Source: Candidatus Latescibacterota bacterium
GTDB lineage: Bacteria > Latescibacterota > UBA2968
Direction: 5' to 3'
NCBI GenBank assembly: GCA_965207885.1
Contig: OZ242311.1
Coordinates: forward strand, 1,856,001-1,920,000
DNA length: 64,000 nt
A program made the position numbers and the translations under genes. Of the stretch, positions 30,192 to 39,251 are shown piece after piece; the first letter of the stretch is position 1; the number at the start of each line of letters is the position of its first letter. The notes beneath the pieces are model-generated. The model made no database searches, was not told the DNA's origin, and saw nothing but the letters and a program-made list of their open reading frames with translations.

Positions 30192-31100
30192 TTAATGTGA
30201 AAACTGAGCGTCTCGAAAAAACGTATTGACGATTGTCATATAACAGGCATTCTGTTTTCTTTTTTTCTTTTCTGGTGAGAGTGCGGAATTCCGATCCCTG
30301 AACTCTTGGATGCGCTCAGGCGTAACCCCATAGATATTCCGAATGGTATTGAACAGACCAATCAGATCTGTCTCACAGCAACTATTCGCTTTAGCCAGCG
30401 CGCTCAAATACACATCATCAACATGGGATAATGCCTTTGTAATACGGGAGCGCGTTTCGCTGACAGACTGAACATCCGAAAGTCTGGCAGGCGCATTCCA
30501 ACACGGTGTCACGGATCTGACCTTACGCAGCACTGCCAGATGGTGGTCCTCGCGGATAACCTCCACTGCAAAATTACCGGGATAGACGGATAGCCAGTTC
30601 TCGACAATTTGCTTCTCAAATCGCCTTCTGAAATCGTCCAGAATGACCAGACCACCAATCTTAATCTGATCATAAACCTGATAAAGGCATGCCTCTCGAC
30701 CTCGCAAGGTATAGACCGGCGGACCATCAATAATCACGCAATCTATCTCTTCCTCCCAAAATATCCCATCTTCATAAGTCAAAAATTCCGCATTTCCATA
30801 AGATTCAAGAGTAATCGGACGATATCTGATCGACAGATTGCGCTTATCCCAGAATGTTTGCATCAAACTCGTGGTCTCTGCAAAATTCCGCCAATCGCCT
30901 TCCATAGACAGAACCTCGGCTTCCGAAAACGCCATCGCCAGACGGATAGAACTCGGACCACTTCCAAACTCGAGAATTCTTTCTACTGGGGACATCTGAA
31001 GAAGCGTGGTTGTAATTCTCTTAAACGCCGTCTCACCAATGCTCCAGCCCGCGTCCAGATTAAGCCGATCCGGTATTTTGAGGTCTGAAATTTTATGCAT
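30192..31100 (-). CDS. Class I SAM-dependent methyltransferase
   Basis: ILEFGSGPS, VLSMEG, VIIDGP, GGLVILDD. Confidence 0.82.
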   Translation of the reverse strand: MHKISDLKIPDRLNLDAGWSIGETAFKRITTTLLQMSPVERILEFGSGPSSIRLAMAFSEAEVLSMEGDWRNFAETTSLMQTFWDKRNLSIRYRPITLESYGNAEFLTYEDGIFWEEEIDCVIIDGPPVYTLRGREACLYQVYDQIKIGGLVILDDFRRRFEKQIVENWLSVYPGNFAVEVIREDHHLAVLRKVRSVTPCWNAPARLSDVQSVSETRSRITKALSHVDDVYLSALAKANSCCETDLIGLFNTIRNIYGVTPERIQEFRDRNSALSPEKKKRKQNACYMTIVNTFFRDAQFSH

Positions 31101-31248
31101 TTCTCACTTATCTCGGATTACTTTGGCATGCGCGTGGCGGCTTTAAGCATACAGGCATGACAAGGTGTCACGCCTATATGCCTGAAGCAGGCGTCCCGGG
31201 TCGGAGGGAATATCAGGAGGCCTGTTCTGATCCTGCTCCGCCAGTGGT

Positions 31249-32679
31249 TTATGAAGCCACTTCCAGATCATATCGCCGCTGCAACAAAGACGCATCGACT
31301 TCTGCAATCTCCATACACATCTCCATCGCCAGTTCATAGCGATAGCGCGTCTGTTCGCAAGCAACAGGGTTGGGATACATCGGGTCACCCGTTGTCGTTC
31401 GCGCCTCCCAAAGACATCCGCCACCACACAAGTTGCGCGCCCAGCACGTCTTGCACTCAGGACGATTATTCACATTGAACTGCGCGTCAAAATACTGCTG
31501 CTTTTCGCGATCAATACCCGCAAACACATCACCCATCTTAAACTCGGGCGCATCGGCCAAACTCGAACAAAAATAAATCGACCCATCTGCTGCAATCGCC
31601 AAATACTGCTTGCCACCGAGACATCCATGACAGGATTTTTGGCGCGTCAACAGTTTTTGAATCCGCGGATCAAACTCCTCATGCTCTTCACCGCTTAAAA
31701 TAGCTTTGAGCGCACGCCTACTCCGCCTGTAAATTTGTTCCTTCAACGCGGGTATGTGTTCTTCCCCAATCGCATAGGGCGCATCCGGTGAAACAACAGC
31801 CGGACCAACAAGCGCGTTATCGGTACCCAGAGAACGCAACGCATCGGCAATCTGATCCTCGTCCATATCATAAGCTGTCATAACAGCCTGCAAATACACC
31901 CTCTCGGGAACCTCAGCAGTCAGTTTCTGTACATTCTGTGCCACAACATCATAAGTGCCAGAACCATTGTGAAACTTGCGAATGCGATCCTGTGTTTTAC
32001 GCCCGCCATCCAGACTGACCTTAATTTGAAACTTTTCATCAACCAAAAACTGCTTCATCTCGTCGGTCAACAGCGTGCCATTGGTCACAATGCCAAAACC
32101 AACCTGCACCCCCAGCCGCGCGCCCTGGGATTTGGCAAATGGGACAAGCTCCTGCATCAATGGAAAATTCAGAAGCGGCTCTCCGCCAAAAAAATCGATC
32201 TGGCACCGCTCAAACACCTGAGCCTCGGCGATGATCCAGCGTATCGCTTGCTCGGCAACGTCCGGTTGCATCAGCATTGCCTTACCGCCATAATCCCCGC
32301 CATGGGCAAAGCAATACGCGCATTGGATATTGCACGTATGGGAAACGTGCAAAGACACCTGCAAACGATCTATCTGCGAAACCCCACAGGCTGCCACCCC
32401 TTCTGTCGTCGGTACATCGGATACCACAGGTAGAGCACCATCCGAAATCAAACCCACCTGAGCCAATTCTTCGATAGCCTCGGTAATTTCCTCTGCCTCG
32501 TATTGATCAGCCAGAACCTGAACAACCCGATCAACAGACAAGCCCTCACAGCACGCTAAAATTGACTGGAACAGGGTATCCAATTCAAAAAACAGACCTG
32601 TCTCAACCTGATAGACAATCGGCTGTTTGCGCTCTTCAGTTTGAAAAAGATGCATGTCGCATTTTTTAATGCACAGCAT
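31249..32679 (-). CDS. Radical SAM/SPASM peptide maturase with N-terminal RRE (CteB/QhpD-like)
   Basis: CNIQCAYC, FFGGEPLL, TNGTLL, VSLDG; SPASM CX2C-X17-C and CX2CX5CX3CX18C; about 90-aa PqqD-like N-terminus; GAGGAG before ATG 32679 (alternative GTG 32706 overlaps the peptide stop). Confidence 0.9.
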   Translation of the reverse strand: MLCIKKCDMHLFQTEERKQPIVYQVETGLFFELDTLFQSILACCEGLSVDRVVQVLADQYEAEEITEAIEELAQVGLISDGALPVVSDVPTTEGVAACGVSQIDRLQVSLHVSHTCNIQCAYCFAHGGDYGGKAMLMQPDVAEQAIRWIIAEAQVFERCQIDFFGGEPLLNFPLMQELVPFAKSQGARLGVQVGFGIVTNGTLLTDEMKQFLVDEKFQIKVSLDGGRKTQDRIRKFHNGSGTYDVVAQNVQKLTAEVPERVYLQAVMTAYDMDEDQIADALRSLGTDNALVGPAVVSPDAPYAIGEEHIPALKEQIYRRSRRALKAILSGEEHEEFDPRIQKLLTRQKSCHGCLGGKQYLAIAADGSIYFCSSLADAPEFKMGDVFAGIDREKQQYFDAQFNVNNRPECKTCWARNLCGGGCLWEARTTTGDPMYPNPVACEQTRYRYELAMEMCMEIAEVDASLLQRRYDLEVAS

Positions 32680-32702
32680 AGACGCACTCCTCAGAACCGA
32701 AA

Positions 32703-32888
32703 TCACTTATCCCGATCATCAGCCTGATCAAAATCGTCCCAATCGTCATCGTCATTGGGAAAGGGGAGGGGAGGAACAGCTGTCCAAGATGGACATCCAA
32801 TTTCTAAACTCGTAGTTCGATATGTCCGAATATCCCCCTCTGTATCTATAGTTCCATTGACCAGGGTCAACTTGCGTCGCGTTGCCAT
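32703..32888 (-). CDS. Putative RiPP precursor peptide (61 aa)
   Basis: AAGGAGG RBS; first gene behind a sigma54 promoter; directly upstream of the rSAM gene; leader RKLTLVNG. Confidence 0.8.
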   Translation of the reverse strand: MATRRKLTLVNGTIDTEGDIRTYRTTSLEIGCPSWTAVPPLPFPNDDDDWDDFDQADDRDK

Positions 32889-32930
32889 GTTATCCTCCTT
32901 GTAAGAATCTAAATACCATCTGCCCTATAC

Positions 32931-32947
32931 TGCAAAATGTGTGCCAA
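32931..32947 (-). promoter_or_regulatory. sigma54 (-24/-12) promoter
   Basis: Minus strand TTGGCAC-ACATT-TTGCA matches TGGCAC-N5-TTGC(A/T) exactly, 42 nt upstream of the peptide ATG. Confidence 0.88.
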
Positions 32948-33052
32948 AAATCGTTCTAAAACAAAAAAGCACTTGAAAAATTCTCAAGTGCTTAAAAAAA
33001 CAAGGAAATAAAATTTAAGAATTACGTGTGTTGCAAATACGACATTCAGGCA

Positions 33053-33173
33053 TAAGTGTATATAACAGGATACACTTACAAACGTTTATTTAACTAAAAT
33101 ACTCATAACTATCTGATTTATATAAATATTTCTAACTGTAAATAATTAGATACACTGTATATATCAGGATACA
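33053..33173. promoter_or_regulatory. Three candidate enhancer (UAS) boxes TGTA-N10-TACA
   Basis: TGTATATAACAGGATACA (33057-33074), TGTAAATAATTAGATACA (33137-33154), TGTATATATCAGGATACA (33156-33173). Confidence 0.75.
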
Positions 33174-33184
33174 TATATTCAAGT

Positions 33185-36100
33185 CTATCTCAACCCCAGA
33201 CGATTAATCTTTTTATGCAGACCAACGCGCGTCATCCCCAATTCTCTGGCAGTATGCGTAATATTGTCCTCGCATTTCGCGAGCGCGTCTCGAATCAACC
33301 GTCTCTCATACTCCTGGACATGGTCTTGTAAACGCCCCTGGAATTCGACAGAGACATCTGGTACTGTATGCCCGATGGATTCTGAAAACAAATCGGGCGT
33401 AATATCACCCTCTTCTTCTGCCAATGCAACCGCACGCCGAATCTCATTCTCCAGCTCGCGCACATTGCCCGGCCAATTGTAATTTGTGAGTGCCCTGATA
33501 GCCCCCACTGTCAGCCCCCCAACCGACTTGTTGGCATCTTCTTTCGCCCGGGTGAGCAAATGTTTGGCCAATAACGGCACATCTTCAATATATTCCCGCA
33601 AAGGCGGCATATCGATCTGAATCACACGCAACCGGTAATACAAATCTTCGCGGAACGAGCCGTTTTCAACTTCTTTTTTTAAGTCTCGATTGGTCGCTGC
33701 AATAATGCGTACATCCACTGTGCGATCCACTGTTTCTCCAACACGCCGAATCTCCCCTTCCTGCAACACCCGCAACAAACTCCTTTGCAATTGCGGTGGG
33801 GCATCGGCGATTTCATCCAAAAAAACCGTCCCTCCATTGGCAGCCTCAAAAATCCCCTTATGATCTTCAGTCGCGCCAGTAAACGCCCCTTTTTTATGCC
33901 CAAACAACTCACTCTGCAACAACTCTGGTGAGAGTGTAGCACAATTTTGCGACAAAAACCGCTGGTCTTTGCGCGTACTATTGTAGTGTATGGCACGCGC
34001 AGCCAATTCTTTGCCCGTACCTGTTTCGCCTTGCACAAGCACGGAAACATCGCTCTTTGCAGCGCGTTCTATAAGTTGATAGATCGCCTGCATCGCATCG
34101 CTTTGTCCGAACATATCGCCAAGTTGATGCCGCCTTTCGACCTCTTGCTGCAAATATTGTGCTTTCTCTTCCAATTGTTCGTACATCCTCGCATTGACCA
34201 GCGCCATCCCCACCAGATTCGCAAATGCCTGCAAAAACGTCTGATCTGCTTCAGAAAATGCATTGCCAATGCCGCGATGATCCACATACAGAGCACCCAT
34301 CACACCCTCGTTCAGATGGAATACGGGCACAGACAATACAGATCGAATGTGGTAGTCTATCACGCTCTGGTAGCGATTGAGCCTTTCATCTATTTGGGCG
34401 TCCATACTCAAAACGGGTTCATTTGTTTCAATAACCCGACGAATAATACCCCGACTCAGTGCTTCTGCATCATCTGCTTCTACATTGTAGTAGCGCACGG
34501 CATCGACTGCAAAGCCTCGCGGAGTCTCATTTTTAATTGCAACAAGCACGCGCTCTGCTGAATAAACAGCCAACAAATTACCCAAAGTCCGGTCCAATAA
34601 TACTTTGACATCGCGTTCTGTGGTCAACTCCCGGCTCACATCGTAGAGCAAGCGCCAGCGATCAACAGATAAACTTTCAGAACTGGATGCGGCATTCTCG
34701 CCGCGAGAAGATTCACGCAATTGATTTAATAACACCCGTGTTTTCTCCAGAAAATAAGACATTTCCATTTCTTTAAACGCCTGTTTTGCCGCTTCGAGAT
34801 GTGCTTGCGCTTTTGGTACATCACCGCGCTGGAGATAAAACTCTCCAGCCATCAGCAATGCACGCGCCCAGTGATCGCCTTTGGACTCTCTTCGGCATTC
34901 AATCGCCTGCTCAAAAGCCTCTTCAGCCTCAGCTATCCGTCCTGCCTGAGCGAAAGCCGCACCAACACCGCAATACACCAGGGGCAATATGCCCGTGTAC
35001 ATACCCGATGTTTGCTGCGTACCTTCGCTGGCTCTTTCTGCCCATTCAAGTGCTTCTTCTGTATCTCCCATTCTCACAGCAGCCGTTGCTGCAATCGCAT
35101 AAGCGCGATAAATATAATCTTTGCGCGGTGTTTCCAAGAATCGCTCTGCTGAGGTCTCGACATATTCCAATGCCCCGGCAAAATCACCGCATTCCAGTGC
35201 CATTTCTCCCAGCCATAAAAAATTTACTGCCTCCCAGTACACAAACCCTCGCTTCTGCCACTCACCAATGACTTCATGGCAAACGGCTTCCGCACGATCA
35301 CGTTCACCCAGATAAAAATAAACTCTTTGAAGTAAATTGAGTACCCAAGTGCGCTGGTGCTCAAGTCCCTGTTGCTGAGATGTTTTTACAGTAGCTTCCA
35401 TACGTGCTTTGGCTGTCTTAAATTGAAATCCTATTAATGCAACCAAACCTTCTCGCCCCTGTATAAAAGCGTCCTTTTGTGGATCTTCCAGCACACGACG
35501 TTTCTCTATTTCCCGGCGCATATACGCAATCGCTTCCTCGTGCCGCCCAGACACATCGCACAAATAAGCCAAACTGCTTAATGCTTGAATTTCTCCGTCG
35601 AAATCACCGAGTTCCCGATAAAGCCGCAATGCCTCCAGCATATATTTTTCTGCTATTTCCCCATGTTGAAGTACGCTGTGAATACTACCTTCAGTCCACA
35701 AAATACGTGCCTTTAAATCATACCGATCATCGGGCAATAACGCCTTTGCCTCGTCTAAAAGTTTTAGTGCCCTATTGTGCTGACCACAATTGCGCAGCGC
35801 ATCTGCATAATCGCACAAAAATTCGACCGCATCTGCCTGTGATTTAAAAGCGTCATCCATCTGTTGCACAACTTCAAACCGTCTCAATGCCTGGCGATAA
35901 GCGTGTTTTGCCAATGCTTTTTTGCCCGATAGGCGCATATAATTCACAGCCTTATTTTGTTCTCCCGCCGCTACAAAATGATCTGCCAATGCTTCTGTCA
36001 ATTCTTCTGCATCTTCCGACTCTTCCAGAGCATTGCCAATTTCTCGATGTAACAGACGCCGCCGCACATCTTGCATGCGATCATAAATTGCCCGTCGATA

Positions 36101-37984
36101 CAAACCCTGTGAAAAACGATATCGCTCTTCATCGCCATAAGTAATTAACAGCCCTTCTGCAATCAGGTCTTCGAGCACATCCAACAACTCCAACTCATCA
36201 CCGAGCCAGATAGAAGCCAATAATTCCAAAGAAAAATCATTTAAAAAAACACACGCGTATTCCATTACCTGACGTTGCACCGCAGGAAGGGCAGTTATGC
36301 GCCTGTACAAAACCTCTGAAATATCATCGGACAACAAAGTTTCGGGAAATTCTCCCCACTGCCAATCGCCGTACACATTCTGCCAAACCACATCGGCATG
36401 CACCAGTGTCCTCACGGCCTCCACGACAAACAGGGGTTGCCCACCCGTTTCCCTGAACAGGGTTTGCAAGGCATCCGGCGGAATGGATCGCTCCCCCAAC
36501 ATCGACGCCGATAGATACCCCACCTCTTCTCGCGGTAGATCTTTCAACTGAATCCGGATCGCTTCAGAAAATTCATTGCTGTGTATAAAATTCTCAATTT
36601 CCTTTGGAATAGATTCCCTATTGGACCCTTGACAGGTCAGGCATAACAAAAATGGACACGGGTCTGGATCGCGCAACACATACTGCAAAAATTCCAGGGT
36701 CAATTCATCAAGCCATTGAATATCTTCCAAACACAACACAATGGGCTGTTTCTGCCGCAGGCGTTTTAATGACTGCAACCAGCGATCCATAACAGAAAAC
36801 TTGTCCGTCTCTAATGAATCGGGCACTCTCCCCACCAAATCCGTCGTCTTTACCCGCTGAAAAGCATCGATCAACGCACCGTATATTTGTCCACCCTCTT
36901 CCCGCCCTGCCCCTTTCAAACAAAGAAAATCGTGGATCAAAGCGTCACCCAATAATTCTTCAGCCAGTCTCGATTTGCCCACCCCTGCCTCACCCGAGAT
37001 CAAAACCACGCGCTGCTCGCCAGCTTGTACATCCCGCAACATCGCACGCAACGTCTTCATCTCGGATTCGCGCCCGACAAATTGCGGCCGCATCACTTTT
37101 CTATGCACATCGCGCTGCTCGTCATCCGGTAGCACAAACCCCGATGATGCCACACCATTTAACGCCTGCACCAGTTCTTCTGCCGACTGATAACGATCAA
37201 CAGGCTCCTTTGCCAGCAACTTCAGCACAATTTGTTGCGTCTGGGCCGGAACCTCGACATGGGCTTCAGCCATTGATGGCGGTGACTCTCGAATATGCTT
37301 CAAAATAACGGACACCGGGTTTTGTCCAGAAAAGGGCGGTGCGCCCGTGAGCATCTCATATAAAATCACGCCCAATGAATACAAATCTGACCGATGATCC
37401 ACCCATAACCCCTTACCCTGCTCTGGCGACATATACTCGGCGGTACCAATCGTCGCGCCCGTATGCGTAATGGAGGCACTATGCAGATGTCTAAATTTAG
37501 CCAACCCCAGATCCAGAATGGTAGTATCAATTCCCTCTTCAGTTTCCAAAACCATAATATTGGATGGCTTGAGATCGCGATGCACCGCACCCTGCGCGTG
37601 GACATAAGCCACCCCCTCGGCAATTTGTTGCATCAGAGCAAAAAAGGACGAAGCTCGGAATTGTCCCAACAATACGCGATCGGCTATTATTTTTTCCAAC
37701 GTCTTTCCGGGCAAATATTCCATCGTAAAATAGGGACGCTCCTCGGCAAAGCCCCAGGTGTATGTGCGCACCAGGCGCGGGTGCTCAAATCTGTTCAACA
37801 CCTGAAACTCTCTGTGAAAACGTCGATGCACAGACTTCTGATCCACCATCGTATTCAAAATTTTGAGCGCGCACTCCCGGTCTTGCTCCAGGTCTAACAC
37901 CCGATAAACTTCTCCCATGCCCCCGGTTCCCAGGTGCGCCTGGATTTGATACCTTTTGTCGAGAATGGTGTCGATTTTAAACAT
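33185..37984 (-). CDS. Ser/Thr kinase - AAA/STAND ATPase - TPR - GAF - sigma54 activator - Fis HTH fusion
   Basis: GTGGMGEVY, ALK, HRDLKPSN, DLG, YMSPEQ; GEAGVGKS and LCLED; TPR-like helices; GAF; GETGTGKE, GAFTGA, FLDEI, REDLYYRL, WPGNVREL; C-terminal HTH. Confidence 0.92.
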   Translation of the reverse strand: MFKIDTILDKRYQIQAHLGTGGMGEVYRVLDLEQDRECALKILNTMVDQKSVHRRFHREFQVLNRFEHPRLVRTYTWGFAEERPYFTMEYLPGKTLEKIIADRVLLGQFRASSFFALMQQIAEGVAYVHAQGAVHRDLKPSNIMVLETEEGIDTTILDLGLAKFRHLHSASITHTGATIGTAEYMSPEQGKGLWVDHRSDLYSLGVILYEMLTGAPPFSGQNPVSVILKHIRESPPSMAEAHVEVPAQTQQIVLKLLAKEPVDRYQSAEELVQALNGVASSGFVLPDDEQRDVHRKVMRPQFVGRESEMKTLRAMLRDVQAGEQRVVLISGEAGVGKSRLAEELLGDALIHDFLCLKGAGREEGGQIYGALIDAFQRVKTTDLVGRVPDSLETDKFSVMDRWLQSLKRLRQKQPIVLCLEDIQWLDELTLEFLQYVLRDPDPCPFLLCLTCQGSNRESIPKEIENFIHSNEFSEAIRIQLKDLPREEVGYLSASMLGERSIPPDALQTLFRETGGQPLFVVEAVRTLVHADVVWQNVYGDWQWGEFPETLLSDDISEVLYRRITALPAVQRQVMEYACVFLNDFSLELLASIWLGDELELLDVLEDLIAEGLLITYGDEERYRFSQGLYRRAIYDRMQDVRRRLLHREIGNALEESEDAEELTEALADHFVAAGEQNKAVNYMRLSGKKALAKHAYRQALRRFEVVQQMDDAFKSQADAVEFLCDYADALRNCGQHNRALKLLDEAKALLPDDRYDLKARILWTEGSIHSVLQHGEIAEKYMLEALRLYRELGDFDGEIQALSSLAYLCDVSGRHEEAIAYMRREIEKRRVLEDPQKDAFIQGREGLVALIGFQFKTAKARMEATVKTSQQQGLEHQRTWVLNLLQRVYFYLGERDRAEAVCHEVIGEWQKRGFVYWEAVNFLWLGEMALECGDFAGALEYVETSAERFLETPRKDYIYRAYAIAATAAVRMGDTEEALEWAERASEGTQQTSGMYTGILPLVYCGVGAAFAQAGRIAEAEEAFEQAIECRRESKGDHWARALLMAGEFYLQRGDVPKAQAHLEAAKQAFKEMEMSYFLEKTRVLLNQLRESSRGENAASSSESLSVDRWRLLYDVSRELTTERDVKVLLDRTLGNLLAVYSAERVLVAIKNETPRGFAVDAVRYYNVEADDAEALSRGIIRRVIETNEPVLSMDAQIDERLNRYQSVIDYHIRSVLSVPVFHLNEGVMGALYVDHRGIGNAFSEADQTFLQAFANLVGMALVNARMYEQLEEKAQYLQQEVERRHQLGDMFGQSDAMQAIYQLIERAAKSDVSVLVQGETGTGKELAARAIHYNSTRKDQRFLSQNCATLSPELLQSELFGHKKGAFTGATEDHKGIFEAANGGTVFLDEIADAPPQLQRSLLRVLQEGEIRRVGETVDRTVDVRIIAATNRDLKKEVENGSFREDLYYRLRVIQIDMPPLREYIEDVPLLAKHLLTRAKEDANKSVGGLTVGAIRALTNYNWPGNVRELENEIRRAVALAEEEGDITPDLFSESIGHTVPDVSVEFQGRLQDHVQEYERRLIRDALAKCEDNITHTARELGMTRVGLHKKINRLGLR

Positions 37985-38221
37985 GACCTCTTCTACTTTC
38001 TTCAGATCAACAGGTTCGACGATGTAACTACGGGGCAGTCATTCGCAACCCCGTTTCCAAAGTGATATTCGAATGGGCATAATATCAATTACTTAATTAA
38101 CAGTATATTATAATAAGAGCGATATATCGTCCTAATATACAATATATCGCCCTTATTAGAGAGAACAAGTCTATTTTTAATTAAAATAGCCGAACCGGTT
38201 ATCCAGCAATCATTATATTTT

Positions 38222-39226
38222 TCAATGCATCAAATTCATGATTTTTCCAACCTTTTTTGCGACACGGGGCGCAGTTAGCTCTGTTGTATTTTTCAGACCC
38301 ATCAAAAAACGGCGGGCAGAGTCATCAAACGACAGGCGATGCTGCGCAACATGTGTTTCCAGCATATCCAGATCGCGCAACACCTCGTCCTGTAGCGCAG
38401 GAAGGGGCATCATCCACAAACGCCTCAACAGCGTCTTCATAATCAAAATCGGGTCATGCGGATCTTGAGCCAAACGACTGTAAAAAGCCTCCAGGGGCAA
38501 TTCCCAATACAACTTCTGCACAATAAGCCCCAGATATTCCCGGTTCTTCCTGGCAATATCGCTCGCAGAAAAGCGATCAGACGCCGAACCTCTATCACCC
38601 TCATGCATGCGACATCGAAGCGTGGGTTGTTTGATAATCCCTATCTTAAACCCGGCGCGTATCATGCGAATCCACATATCGTAATCTTGCCCGCGAATCA
38701 AACGCTCGTCAAAACAGCCGACCCTGTCATAACACGACCGATGGGCAACCACAGTTGGACTACACAATTCAAACCGCCCGAACAAATACATCACCATATC
38801 GCCTATAGGCGGCATCCTCGCTTCAAAAGACCGCACGGGCACATCGCTTCTCTCTCCCTCTATAAATTCATAACCCGTATAGACAAACTTCAAATCCGGA
38901 TCTTCTGCAAACTGCGCCGCGTGCAACTCGAGCTTATTCGGCAACCCGATATCATCATCGTCCAAAATCCAAACATACTCCCCCGTCAAGTATTTCAGAC
39001 CCATATTCACAGCAGACGCCTTCCCACCATTTGCCTTTTCCATATAGCGAATCCGATCTCCAAACCGCCTGATCACCTCTGCCGTATCATCCGTAGAACC
39101 ATCGTTCACCACAATGAGTTCAAAACCCTGATACGTCTGTTTCAAAACGCTCTCAACAGCCTCCGCAACATAATTTGCGCGATTATATGTTGGGATAATC
39201 ACCGAAAATTTTGGATTTTGTGTCAA
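38222..39226 (-). CDS. Glycosyltransferase family 2
   Basis: SVIIPTYNR, VVNDGSTD, ILDDDD, QDYDMW; likely TTG start at 39226 behind GAGGTG. Confidence 0.9.
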   Translation of the reverse strand: MTQNPKFSVIIPTYNRANYVAEAVESVLKQTYQGFELIVVNDGSTDDTAEVIRRFGDRIRYMEKANGGKASAVNMGLKYLTGEYVWILDDDDIGLPNKLELHAAQFAEDPDLKFVYTGYEFIEGERSDVPVRSFEARMPPIGDMVMYLFGRFELCSPTVVAHRSCYDRVGCFDERLIRGQDYDMWIRMIRAGFKIGIIKQPTLRCRMHEGDRGSASDRFSASDIARKNREYLGLIVQKLYWELPLEAFYSRLAQDPHDPILIMKTLLRRLWMMPLPALQDEVLRDLDMLETHVAQHRLSFDDSARRFLMGLKNTTELTAPRVAKKVGKIMNLMH

Positions 39227-39251
39227 ACTACACCTCTTGAGAAAATAGAAC

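Noticed and set aside
31123-31139. Second sigma54-like motif TTGGCATGCGCGTGGC
   Set aside because: Poor -12 element, and it is on the + strand with no gene downstream in that orientation.
31249-32679. Anaerobic sulfatase-maturating enzyme (many sulfatases nearby)
   Set aside because: It has an N-terminal RRE-like extension, a CteB-like CFA.GG.YG loop and a coupled peptide gene. Disfavoured but not formally excluded without an HMM.
32703-32888. QhpC (quinohemoprotein amine dehydrogenase gamma subunit) or SCIFF
   Set aside because: Only one Cys, and no qhpA/B genes nearby.
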